Shown one piece after another: positions 39,211-52,276 of a DNA stretch of 64,000 bases; position 1 is the first letter of the stretch, and every line of letters starts with the position of its first letter. A model generated the notes under the pieces. That model did not search any database. It was not told the origin of the DNA and saw only the letters and a program-made list of their open reading frames with translations. A program made the translations under genes and the position numbers. This DNA is from Psilocybe cubensis (taxonomy: Eukaryota): positions 434,001 through 498,000 of the forward strand of contig CM038998.1 of NCBI GenBank assembly GCA_017499595.2. Reading direction: 5' to 3'.

Positions 39211-40165
39211 ATGGCCACGGTGGCCACGAAGCAGTCCAAAAGGCCCACAAATCCCACAACGCTTGCCACCGCATCGATGGTAGTATTGCAATCAACCAAA
39301 CCCACTCCAACCGTTGCTGCAGTGAAGACAGATGCCTCAGCGTCCAAACCAAAGAGGCGTAAGAAGCCTCGAGCAGAAAGGATACAGAAGCAGAACGCCC
39401 ATTTTGAAGTAGTCTTAGAGGCCGCGCGGGCGGCGACTCAAATCCTTCGTGCTCGCGGTTTGTCATGCGCAATCTTTGGAAGTCTCGCATCGAAACTTTA
39501 CGGGTGTTCACGAGTCCCCAAAGTATGTTTTTATTATTGCTTTAAAGATACTGGCTCGCCTCTGATCGTTTCAGGATGTCGATTTGCTTGTCAGCCAAAA
39601 TGTCGACGAAGAACCTCCAGCACATAGGGATGATATTTTTGTCCCCCAGCCGCAACTTACTGCTGAAGAGTTGAAAGATCTCATCCTGCGTGCAAATTCC
39701 CAGCACTTCTACCTTAAAATGCCACGCGATCCTGCTGCCGAATATCGTATTTTGTGGTATCGTCAGAAATACCAAGGGCCAGAATGCAAAGTCGATATCC
39801 TCGTACCTGGTACTATGCACCTGCCCTTCCTCAACCCACAACGGATTAACTGGGTACAGGAGCTGCCTCTTGTTCCTTTCTCGCTGCTTCTATTTCACAA
39901 ATTAAAAGGGTGGGATGACCATTGTAAAGCAGAAGAAGCGCATTATAGACGGAGGCAACAACAAGACGCAGCAGATGTAGCGAAGTTGCTAGCTCTCAGA
40001 CATTGGATGAAATCCCTCAAAGGGTCAAAGTTGTTAGACGACGAGGAACTATTTGACGAGGAATTTAAGGTTTTGACGAAAGAAAGGGTGAAGCTTTACT
40101 GTGAAGCCTTTAACGACCGCGCTAAGGAATGGAAAGAATTGGGATTCGAGACGGGTTGTATCTAA
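39211..40165 (+). CDS. Nucleotidyltransferase-fold (pol-beta superfamily) hypothetical protein; exons 39211-39522, 39575-40165
   Basis: AIFGSLA...YG.SRVPK/DVDLLV (hGS...DxD), third acidic motif KVDIL, then LLFHKL...DAADV. Confidence 0.72.
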
Positions 40166-41032
40166 TTTATTTGGGATCTGGGTACGTCTGATTCACTACC
40201 GTTAACTTAAAGTATCTTTGTTTATGTGAACTTTTATTAGATTGTACTGTATATTTTGTGTAACTTGTAAGACGTACTTCAAGGCTGGAATCACTTATTC
40301 TTCTTCCGCTGGACCATTTCTAGATGTATTATACCACAATATCAATATTATTATTCCGGTGTTTTCAGTATCAAAATGCTTGTTCAATGAACAGAGGCAT
40401 GATCTCGTGTAAGCCATCGTTACCTACTACTCATTCACTGTCCTAATTCACACTCTCAGAATGTTTGTGCGCATAATAAATAGATGTCATAACGCTATCT
40501 CACTCGTGTTTCAACCTTCAAAATTCAACCCCAGTGTTCGTCTATTCATTTTTTGTCTGCCTGAGCTTTCGTCAAGATTCAGACTACTTCTGGCCAATCC
40601 GCTTAACTGTATACTGATGCTTTGTATCTCAACCGGCATTTGATGTGCTCAGTCCTTTAGGTATGCACGTGTACCTGTACATTTATGCAGGTCGCGGCTA
40701 TGTCCAATTTGTTCGCCGATGGATTTCCAGTCAACGACAACAACAATAGGTTTGATGTTTTCTTATACCATTTTGGCGCCATTGATATTCCGTGGGCAGA
40801 CCGGCTTGGTCACCACGGTATCTTCAATTTTGTGATAGTCAATTTTGATATCATCACTTCTTCTCCGCAGCAACAATCAAGCGACGTTCATGTCAAACCT
40901 TGCTCAAGTAGCCTGGATGCTGAAACTCCGCAGTTGGTCCTTCCAACTCAGCCGCAGCCGTTTTCTTAAGTTCTTATATTCTGAAGGACTGTAGTAGTCA
41001 CCCACATTATCTCGCCACCATCGCGATAGCAA

Positions 41033-41956
41033 ATGTCTGACGCATCGATCCCCCAAGTCTATCAAGACGTCGAGACCGGCGGGGTGACCCAAGTTTCCGA
41101 TACAGAGCCCCAGGATGTGACTCGGGCCCCTGTCAACGTTTCTACCAAAGAAGGGAGAGGCTGGATACTCACCTTGATTAGAGTCCTCAGGCTTCATAGC
41201 TTTGTCATTTCGCTCTTTACCCTATTCTTACTCCTCAGCATTCGATATATCCTCTATCATGCCCCATTGCAGAACCATTGGGGCTTTGGTGGTCCCAAGA
41301 GGGCAACAACTGTCCTCGCAGCTTGGGTGAGTCCTTTCAATGCTGACTTGTCGTTCGGCTGTTTATTTAATGGTCGGTAATGCAATGAAGATGTTTGCTG
41401 CCGTACTTCTTACTTTCCTCGCCGCTGCCATTACGGTTTTCAAGCGCAAGATGTCTATTTGGCCCCATGTAGTCGCCATTCTCATTGACATTGTCCTCGC
41501 TTCTGGAATAATTGCGTCTGCCGTCTTATTTACGCACGAGTATCCTAGCCCGTCTTGGTGCAACTCATGGTTGCCAAACGGTCAAAATAAGCCCCCACAT
41601 CATGAGTGCTGGAACTGGAAGGATCTTACATGGCTTCTCATGAAGATGGCTTTCACGCTTTCTATTATCCTCAGGTAGCACTCTTTTACCCTCTTCAAGC
41701 TTGCTATGACGGATACTGACTGTTTCTTTACTTTAGCGTGATATTGGCTGCTTTGATCGTATGCCACATCATTGCTATTTGCGAAGGACGTCGTATGTCA
41801 GGGGTACAGCTTGCCTACGCACGATCAAAGAGTGCTTTCAGCCACTTGGGGAGCTTTGTACCATACACTGTTAAGATCAACATCTCGTTTGAGAGAAAGC
41901 CGGACGTACAAGTAGTTTCGGAAGCGCCCCTGGGACAGGGTCCTGTTCATATTTAA
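41033..41956 (+). CDS. Predicted 4-TM membrane protein (3 exons), paralog 1
   Basis: Four hydrophobic segments, loop YPSPSWC...HECWNW, introns near 41327-41390 and 41675-41737. Confidence 0.7.
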
Positions 41957-42328
41957 TACTTTTCTAACGGCCATTCTATTCAAGCCTCCTTCTCAGTAGT
42001 TCATGGCTTAACAAGGCCTCAGTACTTCATTATGACTTGGATTGGCATCAATATGGCATTTTCACGTATACCAAAGGAATTTAACATTATGGCCATTGAT
42101 TGGTTTTATAAGAAAAGAAAAAGGTCAAGTGACTATTACGGAAACGTCATTGAGAATCTGTTGACAAACAGACGCGCAGTCTCTCTCACGTCAATCTCGC
42201 TTGAACATTGACAGTCAATGAGTCATACTCCCGCATAGTCGGAGGTTTGGTATGGTTTGGTTGTGCTGTGGCAGCGGGTATAAGTATATTTTGAGATTTA
42301 TGGTTGCACGTTTGCCATCCACCATCTC

Positions 42329-43229
42329 ATGATTGTGACCTCTCAGCAGAGTCTTCTCTCCGCAGTTGGGTCAGAGAACGAAAAGGCCATCCTTCCCAAG
42401 CCTGAAACGGATGCACTTACGACGAGGGAAAACCATGTCGATCTCCCGAAGCATGACTACCTGGTCCGCCGATCGAGAAGAATATCGGCCTATATGCGAA
42501 TTATCAGATTCTTTGCGTTGACTACCGCTGTTGTGAATCGCTTCATCATCTCAGCTGTATCTCATTCCATTCGAAATGGTCCATTTCCACGACGGGTATC
42601 AGAGTTAAAGGATGGTTCTAATATCTCGAATTTAGAATTAATGGCAAGTGTTTGTGCAGCTACTAATCAGCTGGGGATCTCTATAATCTAAAACACTCTT
42701 TACTTTATAGATGATATCCACTTCCATCTGTTCCTTGTTTTTCTTTATTATCATGGAGGCCAATTCAATCATGGCAAGCGCCTCCATTGAGGCTGTTCTG
42801 CGCGCCGCGACTATCCTCACAGATTCAATACTTATTACAGGCATCATTATTGCAGTCATTCGGTTTACTCATTCATATCCCCACGCACTATGGTGCGATC
42901 AGAATTTTATTGCAAGACAAGTTGGGCGCCAATCGTACTATGGGGCAATCGCATATCCGCCGGGATGTGGCAAATGGTTAACCATTGTGTGGGCATTGAT
43001 GAAGTTATCTTTCTGTATAACAATTGTTCTCAGGCAAGTCCTACCAAGTGTGATACGTTTTTGGCTGTACTCAGACTGAATCTCATTCAGTATTATGCTT
43101 GCCTGTTTGATTGTCCTTCGACTTATCACTCTATTAATTGATGCCCAATTATGGTCAACGGTCAGAAGCGCGCACACATGTGACAGTTGTAATCGAGAAA
43201 TTGTGGACGACCGTGTTAATCAGTGCTAG
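42329..43229 (+). CDS. Predicted 4-TM membrane protein (3 exons), diverged paralog 2
   Basis: Same architecture and intron positions; YPHALWC...GCGKWLTIVWALMKLSF versus YPSPSWC...ECWNWKDLTWLLMKMAF; TATA at about 42279; second intron has a GC donor (ctcag|gcaagt). Confidence 0.65.
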
Positions 43230-43711
43230 CTAGGTGCTTCAGCATGAGCATATAATGGTAGCACTGCGGGAGTCGACCGCTGTATGTTCGACATACAGCA
43301 AACGATACACTTATATAATTTGTAACTATATAAAAGGAGAATATTTGAGTGCGTCTTCGATTTGTCAAGGATACAGTAAACTACTGTACTCATACTGATG
43401 TGTGTATTAACCGCTGTATGAAAAACATACATCAGACAGCGCCTGTAGTGTAAATCTCTGTGTTCTTTGCTATGAAAGAATTAGGGTTAGGCTCCTCTGG
43501 ACGTAGAGAAATAATGAATTTAATGGTTCCGGTGGTCGCGTGCTGTTCGCGTTGAACTCCAATATCGATCACGTGACCCTCCAATTTCAGGTCGCTTTCA
43601 ACGAGTGCTGGCGGCATTCGTTGATTTATTTTCCTCATTCAAAGTTCTTGCAGTTTTCCTCTCACAGAATTTTTTTCAGTAGCTTCAGAACCCCAACAGC
43701 TGCGTTACAGT

Positions 43712-44849
43712 ATGGCAAACACGAATATGGCAGCTGAGCAACTTCTAGAACTTCTTCTTACACTTAAAGTATGTTATATGTAAAACAGAGGGAAAATGTT
43801 TTGACATGTTCGCATTCGCTATAGAAAACGACCCCGGCTGCGGCTAAAGGCATCTTAAACAGCCAGCCTGCCATTGCATACGCTCTCATTACTCTTATGG
43901 TCTCCATGAACGCAATTAATATTGAAGTATTTCAGGTGAGCCTTTGTAGGCTTTCATAGATGTCTTGTTGAATCATGAAAACCAGAAAACGTTGGCAGAA
44001 TTTGGTGCAAGTACAGGTGCAGATGCGACCAGTGGCCCAGCAGCTGTACCTTTAACAAGCGCGAGTTCTACCCCAACGCCAATGGCGGCGTCGAATTCTG
44101 CAGCCGCCCACATCAACAACACCACGCCACAGACCATGCCCCCACCCGCTGCACCTGCACCTATATCAGCCATTCCTCTTCATCTTCAGGCACAGTATCG
44201 AACAGGGACCCCACCTTCTGCTATGGGCGCGGGAACCCCTCAACTTACCGCACACCCACATACACCAACACCGCCGTACGGCTACGGGCACGGACATTCG
44301 AACGGAGGACAGCCGACCCCTCCTGGGCAGGCTGGGTATGCCCAACCGGCTTATGGTCAACAGCCAGGGTATGGGCAGCCAGGGTATGGGTATCAGCAGC
44401 AAGGCGGGTACCAACAAGGAGGATATCAACAGGGCGGGTATCAGCAGCAGCAGCAACAGCAACAGCACAGTGGCTACCAGCAATCAGCCCCTTCGGGGTA
44501 CCAACAAGGATATGGAGCCTACGGATCTGGATATGGACAACCTCCGCCTCAGCCAGCGCATGCTCATCAGGCCACACCTCAGAGTGCCACGCCCGCATTG
44601 CCAGAGTCACTAGCGGGAATTCCGGAGGAGCAAAAGGTGCGTTGCATTTCGTAGCATTTCAGACTGCAAACTTAGCATTGGATGTAGGCTTTGATCATGA
44701 GAGTGCTGGCCATGACACCGGAACAGATCAATATGCTACCCCCCGGAGAGAGAGCGACGTACATACAAATCGTACGTATGCGGATATTATTGTCGTGGAT
44801 TGATCATTGACTTTATTCATAGCGGGCAACTTTGGGAGTTTCGACATAA
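43712..44849 (+). CDS. CstF-64/Rna15-related protein: hinge domain, Q/G/Y/P-rich linker and C-terminal domain, no RRM (5 exons)
   Basis: EQLLELLLTLK/KTTPAAAKGILNSQPAIAYALITLMVSMN (hinge); PEEQK/ALIMRVLAMTPEQINMLPPGERATYIQI/RATLG (CSTF_C motif). Confidence 0.85.
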
Positions 44850-44968
44850 TAGACGCGTCTGAAGAATTTCTATTGAATGGTGGTACATACTAAGTACATG
44901 GTATCATAGGTATGATTGGCTTCCCCATCTCAGGAACTGGCCATACATCTGTTAGGACTCTGCTATAT

Positions 44969-45367
44969 CTAGCCGATCTCCCTCACGTAGACCACAAACA
45001 ACGCGACGAGTGCTAATGCTCGTATCATCCCCTCTCCATATGTCGTGCCGATGAATATCATGGCTGCCAGAACAAGTTTGATCAACTTGGTAAAGATCGA
45101 TGCAGATATGGGACGCCGGCTCGTTGAAGTTGTGGACGATATTGATGAAGGCGACTTGGGCGTTTGTTTGGTGGTTAGTTCAGGTTCGGCTGAGTTGCGA
45201 TCGAGGATGGAAAGGGGGTCATTTGGTCGTTGGTTCCAGCATACCTGGGATCATTACATGTGTAAGGCGAAGGTACCGAGTTTCTGCAAACGTACCCAGG
45301 TGTATCTTGGGGTGTGTGGCTGAAGTGTTATAGTGGTGCTGGTACTGGTGCTATCTCGATACGCCAT
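44969..45367 (-). CDS. Small hypothetical membrane protein (probably 2 exons)
   Basis: ATG 45367, TATA about 160 nt upstream, hydrophobic C-terminus IFTKLIKLVLAAMIFIGTTYGEGMIRALALVALFVVYVREIG*; splice sites uncertain. Confidence 0.4.
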
Positions 45368-45839
45368 AGTACGTGATCTGAGTTTGCTATTGAATGTCAA
45401 GTGATAGTCGAGGAGGTCCAAAGTGTGTCCCGTGAATGATGGGGTGAAGGTTGAACGTTGAGGGTTGAAGGTTTGCCTGCCAAAATGCACAAAAGAGTAG
45501 TCTTGGGCTCTTGGACACTGCACGACTTATATATTGGCACTGCGTAACAACCTAATATTTATTCTTGAACTTTCGATGCTTTAACCGGCACCGGGGGTTG
45601 CCTTTTGCTCTTTATGCTCCTTGTCTCGACTTGTCCCTGATAAGAATGGATGGTTATGAGATAAGACCCAAATTTGAATTTACAACTTGGTAATGGGTGG
45701 GCAGACCCGATTTCTGGCATGTTCTCGAATGTTAAGGGTTTGCGTGGCGGATCACTGTAAGCTAACCAAGACTTGAGTCAAGACTCATATTCAGAGCACG
45801 TAGTCTTCATCAATTGACGGAACTTGGTGCCGATACTAG

Positions 45840-46406
45840 CACGGCGGGCAAAAGTGCTGACTAGTCAGCCTGGGAGTTGGTCTGACCAGTCACCTGACCA
45901 GTGTGCTGACTAGTCACCTGACCAGTGTGCTGACTAGTCACCTGACTAGTCATGTAGCTGTCACGCATTTATTGTCACGCTGCTAAGTTTCTGTAATTCC
46001 GCTCATTGATTGTAGAACAGAGGATTTCTTTTCTATGCCCCAGACTTACACAGGGCGGGCGTCGTGTACCTTCTAAACAACGTCGGGTGACCGTGCACAA
46101 GTACTCTGAAAGCGTGATTAGTTATCCATTTGTTTGAATAATGACCGAATTTCAACCAAACACAAGAAATATCCAATTCCGAGTCATTCATTACTTTTCC
46201 TCAGTGACAGTGCTTTGGAAGACAATGGTTTATTCCCATTTAATCTTATGTTACTGAACTCATTTAACAATACTAACCAGCGTGACAACATTTGTGTGAC
46301 CTCTCCTGACTGGTCAGTTGGTTCGTCACGGAACGCGTCACGATATGGTCACGTGACTGGTCAGACCAACTCCCAGGCTGACTAGTCAGCACTTTTGCCC
46401 GCCGTG
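45840..46406. mobile_element. CACTA/CMC-like MITE (CAC...GTG termini, 3-bp TSD TAG, subterminal repeats)
   Basis: About 60-bp TIR cacggcgggcaaaagtgctgactagtcagcctgggagttggtctgaccagtcac; TAG at 45837-45839 and 46407-46409; tandem ctgac(c/t)agt units 45857-45952. Confidence 0.88.
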
Positions 46407-46442
46407 TAGCTGGCACTCAGGAGTCACGCTAACACGGAACAG

Positions 46443-46556
46443 CCTAATGTTTCGAGTCGTGAACGCGTGAACCATCATCATCTTCAAAAAGAAACAGATC
46501 CTAATGTTTCGAGTCGTGAACGCGTGAACCATCATCATCTTCAAAAAGAAACAGAT
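46443..46556 (+). repeat. Perfect 57-bp tandem duplication
   Basis: cctaatgtttcgagtcgtgaacgcgtgaaccatcatcatcttcaaaaagaaacagat at 46443 and 46500. Confidence 0.9.
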
Positions 46557-46988
46557 ATTTCTCAGTTGTAAGTCCTTAAAAATATCGGTAACAAATCGCA
46601 TTACATCAAATATTGAAACAACACATTTCAATCGTTTTCGATTTTTTTTGTTTTCTGGATATCTCAAGCTATAACTGCCTACAGTCAGCTGTCCGTGTAG
46701 CTTGATCATTGGTGTTTTGTATCGATTCATTCAGTTCGGAAGAAACCTTGAAGATCGTCGACCATCTTAGCACTGCAAAAGATGTCATTCGTGTCTGATA
46801 AATTCTGGTTTGGATACCTACCTCCTCCCGGTGAAATACCTCAGAAAATATCCCTCAGGCGCCTGCCAACTAAAGTTCTTGTGTCAGTGTGGAATTGAAG
46901 TTTGTCGATGAGCTTTGCAGCGTGTCCATCAATCTTGACAATTTTTTCTCCTCTCTCATAAAAGTCGTAGACGTCGCCTCCAGTACCT
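46557..46988 (-). pseudogene. Inverted partial copy of the jacalin gene (3' half plus 3' UTR)
   Basis: Reverse complement aligns with about 48494-49018; lacks the 5' half and has an internal deletion removing intron 2 and GRASPPYGGSGGD. Confidence 0.88.
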
Positions 46989-47375
46989 GATTCATACCTC
47001 TAGGGATAAAGTTTTGGATTGCGCAGTAAACTGAGTTTGTGCGTCGGTAATGAGACGTCAGATATCTCAAGGTGGAGTTTGTCAGCTCCTTCTGCGAAGG
47101 TCAATCTAATGAACCATGATTCCATGAAGTTCTGAGTATCTGCAAAGTCAAGTTGACTCGCCTTCCAGGATTATCGGTTTATCGATGGGGGTTAAATGAG
47201 ATAGCAGATGGAAAAGGATAACATGACTAGTAATAGTATAGAACCCAGACGTTGGAGGTGATACCTCATGCATCATGTTGTAAGGTTCTGTGTCTGCGGC
47301 TCGGGCCAAGCCTAACGCTAATGTTATTATTATAAGCCAAATCAAAGTAAAATCAATGACAATAAGTTTTTCCGG

Positions 47376-47589
47376 CACCGCTGGCGCTCATACATATTTT
47401 CAAAGAAAATAAGACCCAGTAATTATGTTTCCTACATTTTTTTGACGTATTTTATTGGAATATAGGCTTCGGGCTTCCCTAATTGGGTAACCCCGAACTC
47501 TATATACGAGAAAAATACGTCAAAAACCAACAGGAAACATAATTACCGATACATATTTTTCTATCAAATATGTATCAGCGCCAGCAGTG
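47376..47589. mobile_element. 214-bp fold-back (hairpin) MITE with CAC...GTG termini and 3-bp TSD CGG
   Basis: Left arm caccgctggcgctcatacatattt...gtaattatgtttcct...ttttgacgtatttt pairs with the right arm across the whole length; CGG at 47373-47375 and 47590-47592. Confidence 0.85.
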
Positions 47590-48215
47590 CGGATCCTACA
47601 GTAAATTATTCACTAATTATTCTGCCGTTATGTTGACCTTATGGTCCCGGCCACAAGAGATGGTTGGGGTGACACAGTGAGAACAGCATGGTTGCCTGAT
47701 GTATAATAAAGACTCAGCTATTTAAGATCACATCCAATTGAGCTCGAGAAAATTAAAATTGTACACGGAGAAAATGAAAAGAGGGGATATACTTCAGAGG
47801 TTAAAGGTTAACGTCACAGTGGCCGTTGCCTGTTGCCTTTACCTTCGATCTTTGTGCCACCCAAAATCCATCCCCTTCAACAATATCGTCAAGCTCGAGA
47901 CAGGTTTGAATCAGGTGGTTGTTGCATGCCGACCTTTTCCCAAGCCGGTCCTGATATCTGCGCACCGAGTACCTTCGGAAGTGTTGCATCCTATACGATG
48001 ATACATTTAAGATACTTTGAGGGTACAATTACCATGATTTACAAGGTTACACCCTCATTTTCATTTTACGTTTGCGACAGATTGACCAAAGACTGCAGCA
48101 GCTAAACCAGGTACAGCTCAAAGGAATGGCGACCCAACAAAAATGATCCCGCCAAAGGCCAGTTGTATAAATACAAACAACAACTGACTTCGACAGCAAA
48201 CTGGGCCGCTTCATC

Positions 48216-48864
48216 ATGTCTTCAAACCTCACTGAATCTGATTCCACCACGGTTGCTAGTCCTCCTGGTACATGATTTTCACTATAACTTTGACTGCATT
48301 GCTAAACAATAGGTGTAGACGATGATAAAGGCACTGTCTCTTTTCCGTACAAAGGAGGATCTGGTGGCAATCCCTTTGACGACTTCCACCCAACTCGTAA
48401 AGTAATCACTCAGATTCGAGTCAGGGCAGCCAAGAACATCGACGCTATTCAGGTGTTCTACGATGACAACACTATTCCCACTCAAATTCACGGAGGTACT
48501 GGAGGCGATGTCTACGACTTTTATCTTGAGAAAGGAGAAAAAATTGTCAAGATTGATGGACGCGCTGCAAAGCTCATCGACAGACTTCAATTCCACACTG
48601 ACACAGGTGGGCTCGACTCACCTACATCTGACGATGGTATAAAGAAACTGATTTCATTATGAACCTCACAGGCAGAGCTTCTCCGCCCTATGGCGGTAGT
48701 GGTGGTGACAACTTTAGTTGGCAGGCGCCTGAGGGGTATTTTTTGAGGTACTTTACCGGGAGAAGGTAGGTATCCCAAACCAGAAGTTGTCAGACACGTA
48801 GAATAACATTTTTTGCAGTGCCAAGATGGTCGACGGTCTTCAAGGTTTCTTCCAGACTGAATGA
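48216..48864 (+). CDS. Jacalin-like (beta-prism I) cytoplasmic lectin, 4 exons
   Basis: Three GG(S/T)GG repeats: GGSGGNPFDD...ITQIRVRAAKNIDAIQVFY...HGGTGG...EKIVKIDGR...IDRLQFHT/GRASPPYGGSGG...YFTGR/SAKMVDGLQG; TATA at about 48166; no signal peptide. Confidence 0.9.
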
Positions 48865-49102
48865 ATCGATACAGAACACCAATGATCAAGCCACACGGAC
48901 AGCTGACTGTAGGCAGTTATATCTTGAGAAATTCATATAACAATAAATTGAACTGTGTTTATTTGATGAATTCGATCTGCCAGTGTTACCGATATTTTCA
49001 GACTTACAACTTAGAAATGGCTGTGTTTGGCCAACCACAAATATCCAAAAATAGAAAAGAGACCGGGATGCGCCGATTCATTTCCCGCGCATTTTCTCAG
49101 CA

Positions 49103-49454
49103 GCATAGATGACGAGGGAAAAACTCTTGCTTTCCCCTACGAAGGGGACTCGGTGGTGAACCCTTTGACGATTTCGACGCGACCCGTAAAGTGATCACGC
49201 GCATCCGAATTAGGGGCGCAGAATACATAGATGCAATCCAGATTTTTTACGAGGATGATACTTCTCCCGTCTTTGGTGGTACCGGTGGATGCCCCTTCAC
49301 TTGGAGGGCTCCCCAGGGCTTTTATCTCAGGTATTTCACCGGTAGGAGGTACGCATAGACCAAACCAGATATTTTCAATCGCCTAACTAATGGATGCTAT
49401 TTATAGTGCATCCTATGTAGATGGCCTTCAACCTTTCTTCTATTCTGATGAATG
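49103..49454 (+). pseudogene. Tandem jacalin pseudogene
   Basis: IDDEGKTLAFPYEG then a 1-nt frameshift before GGEPFDDFDATRKVITRIRIRGAEYIDAIQIFY; one of three GG-repeat units missing; first exon not evident. Confidence 0.8.
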
Positions 49455-49934
49455 AATCAGTGCGATCCAACAATGGCCGAGCCATACTTGGACAAATGAA
49501 TCATGATTATAGGCAGTTGTAACAATGTGAAGAATGTCGTTTGAACCACTTGATAAATAAAATCCGTTTCCATTAGTTTTAATGACCAAGATGCAACAGA
49601 ATTGAATTCAGGGCTCACCACTGACCAGGAGGCTACAAAAACAAGGCTAACGATCCGGGTATTCCAGAGAAACGAAGAGGCCTAGGGAAAGTTGTAAGAG
49701 TTGATTAAGACAGTATACATTGCTATCCCAGCCTGAGTGTATCGGGTCCTCAAGTTTGCGCATCGAGTTTAAGTTGTGTGACACAACGATCCTTCAATTG
49801 AAGTCCGAATTGTCCCTGTGCGGTCGGAAGCAAAAGCGGACTTCGAATAAATTAGGGGCCATACAATTACGACCAAACAATACCTCATTGCCGTCCAAGA
49901 CGACCGCGACAACAACGTTAGCATCCAACTCAAT

Positions 49935-52276
<2,342 letters not shown>

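Noticed and set aside
38654-39511. 285-aa minus-strand ORF as a single gene
   Set aside because: Its first part is antisense to the nucleotidyltransferase exon and spans the shared promoter; only the part from ATG 38860 looks coding.
44320-44545. GYQQG/GYGQ repeats as a RiPP or KEX2-processed peptide precursor
   Set aside because: No signal peptide or dibasic cleavage sites; it is the linker between the CstF-64 hinge and C-terminal domains.
45857-45952. Short regularly repeated palindromic units resembling a CRISPR array
   Set aside because: No unique spacers, eukaryotic context, and they lie within a MITE as subterminal repeats.
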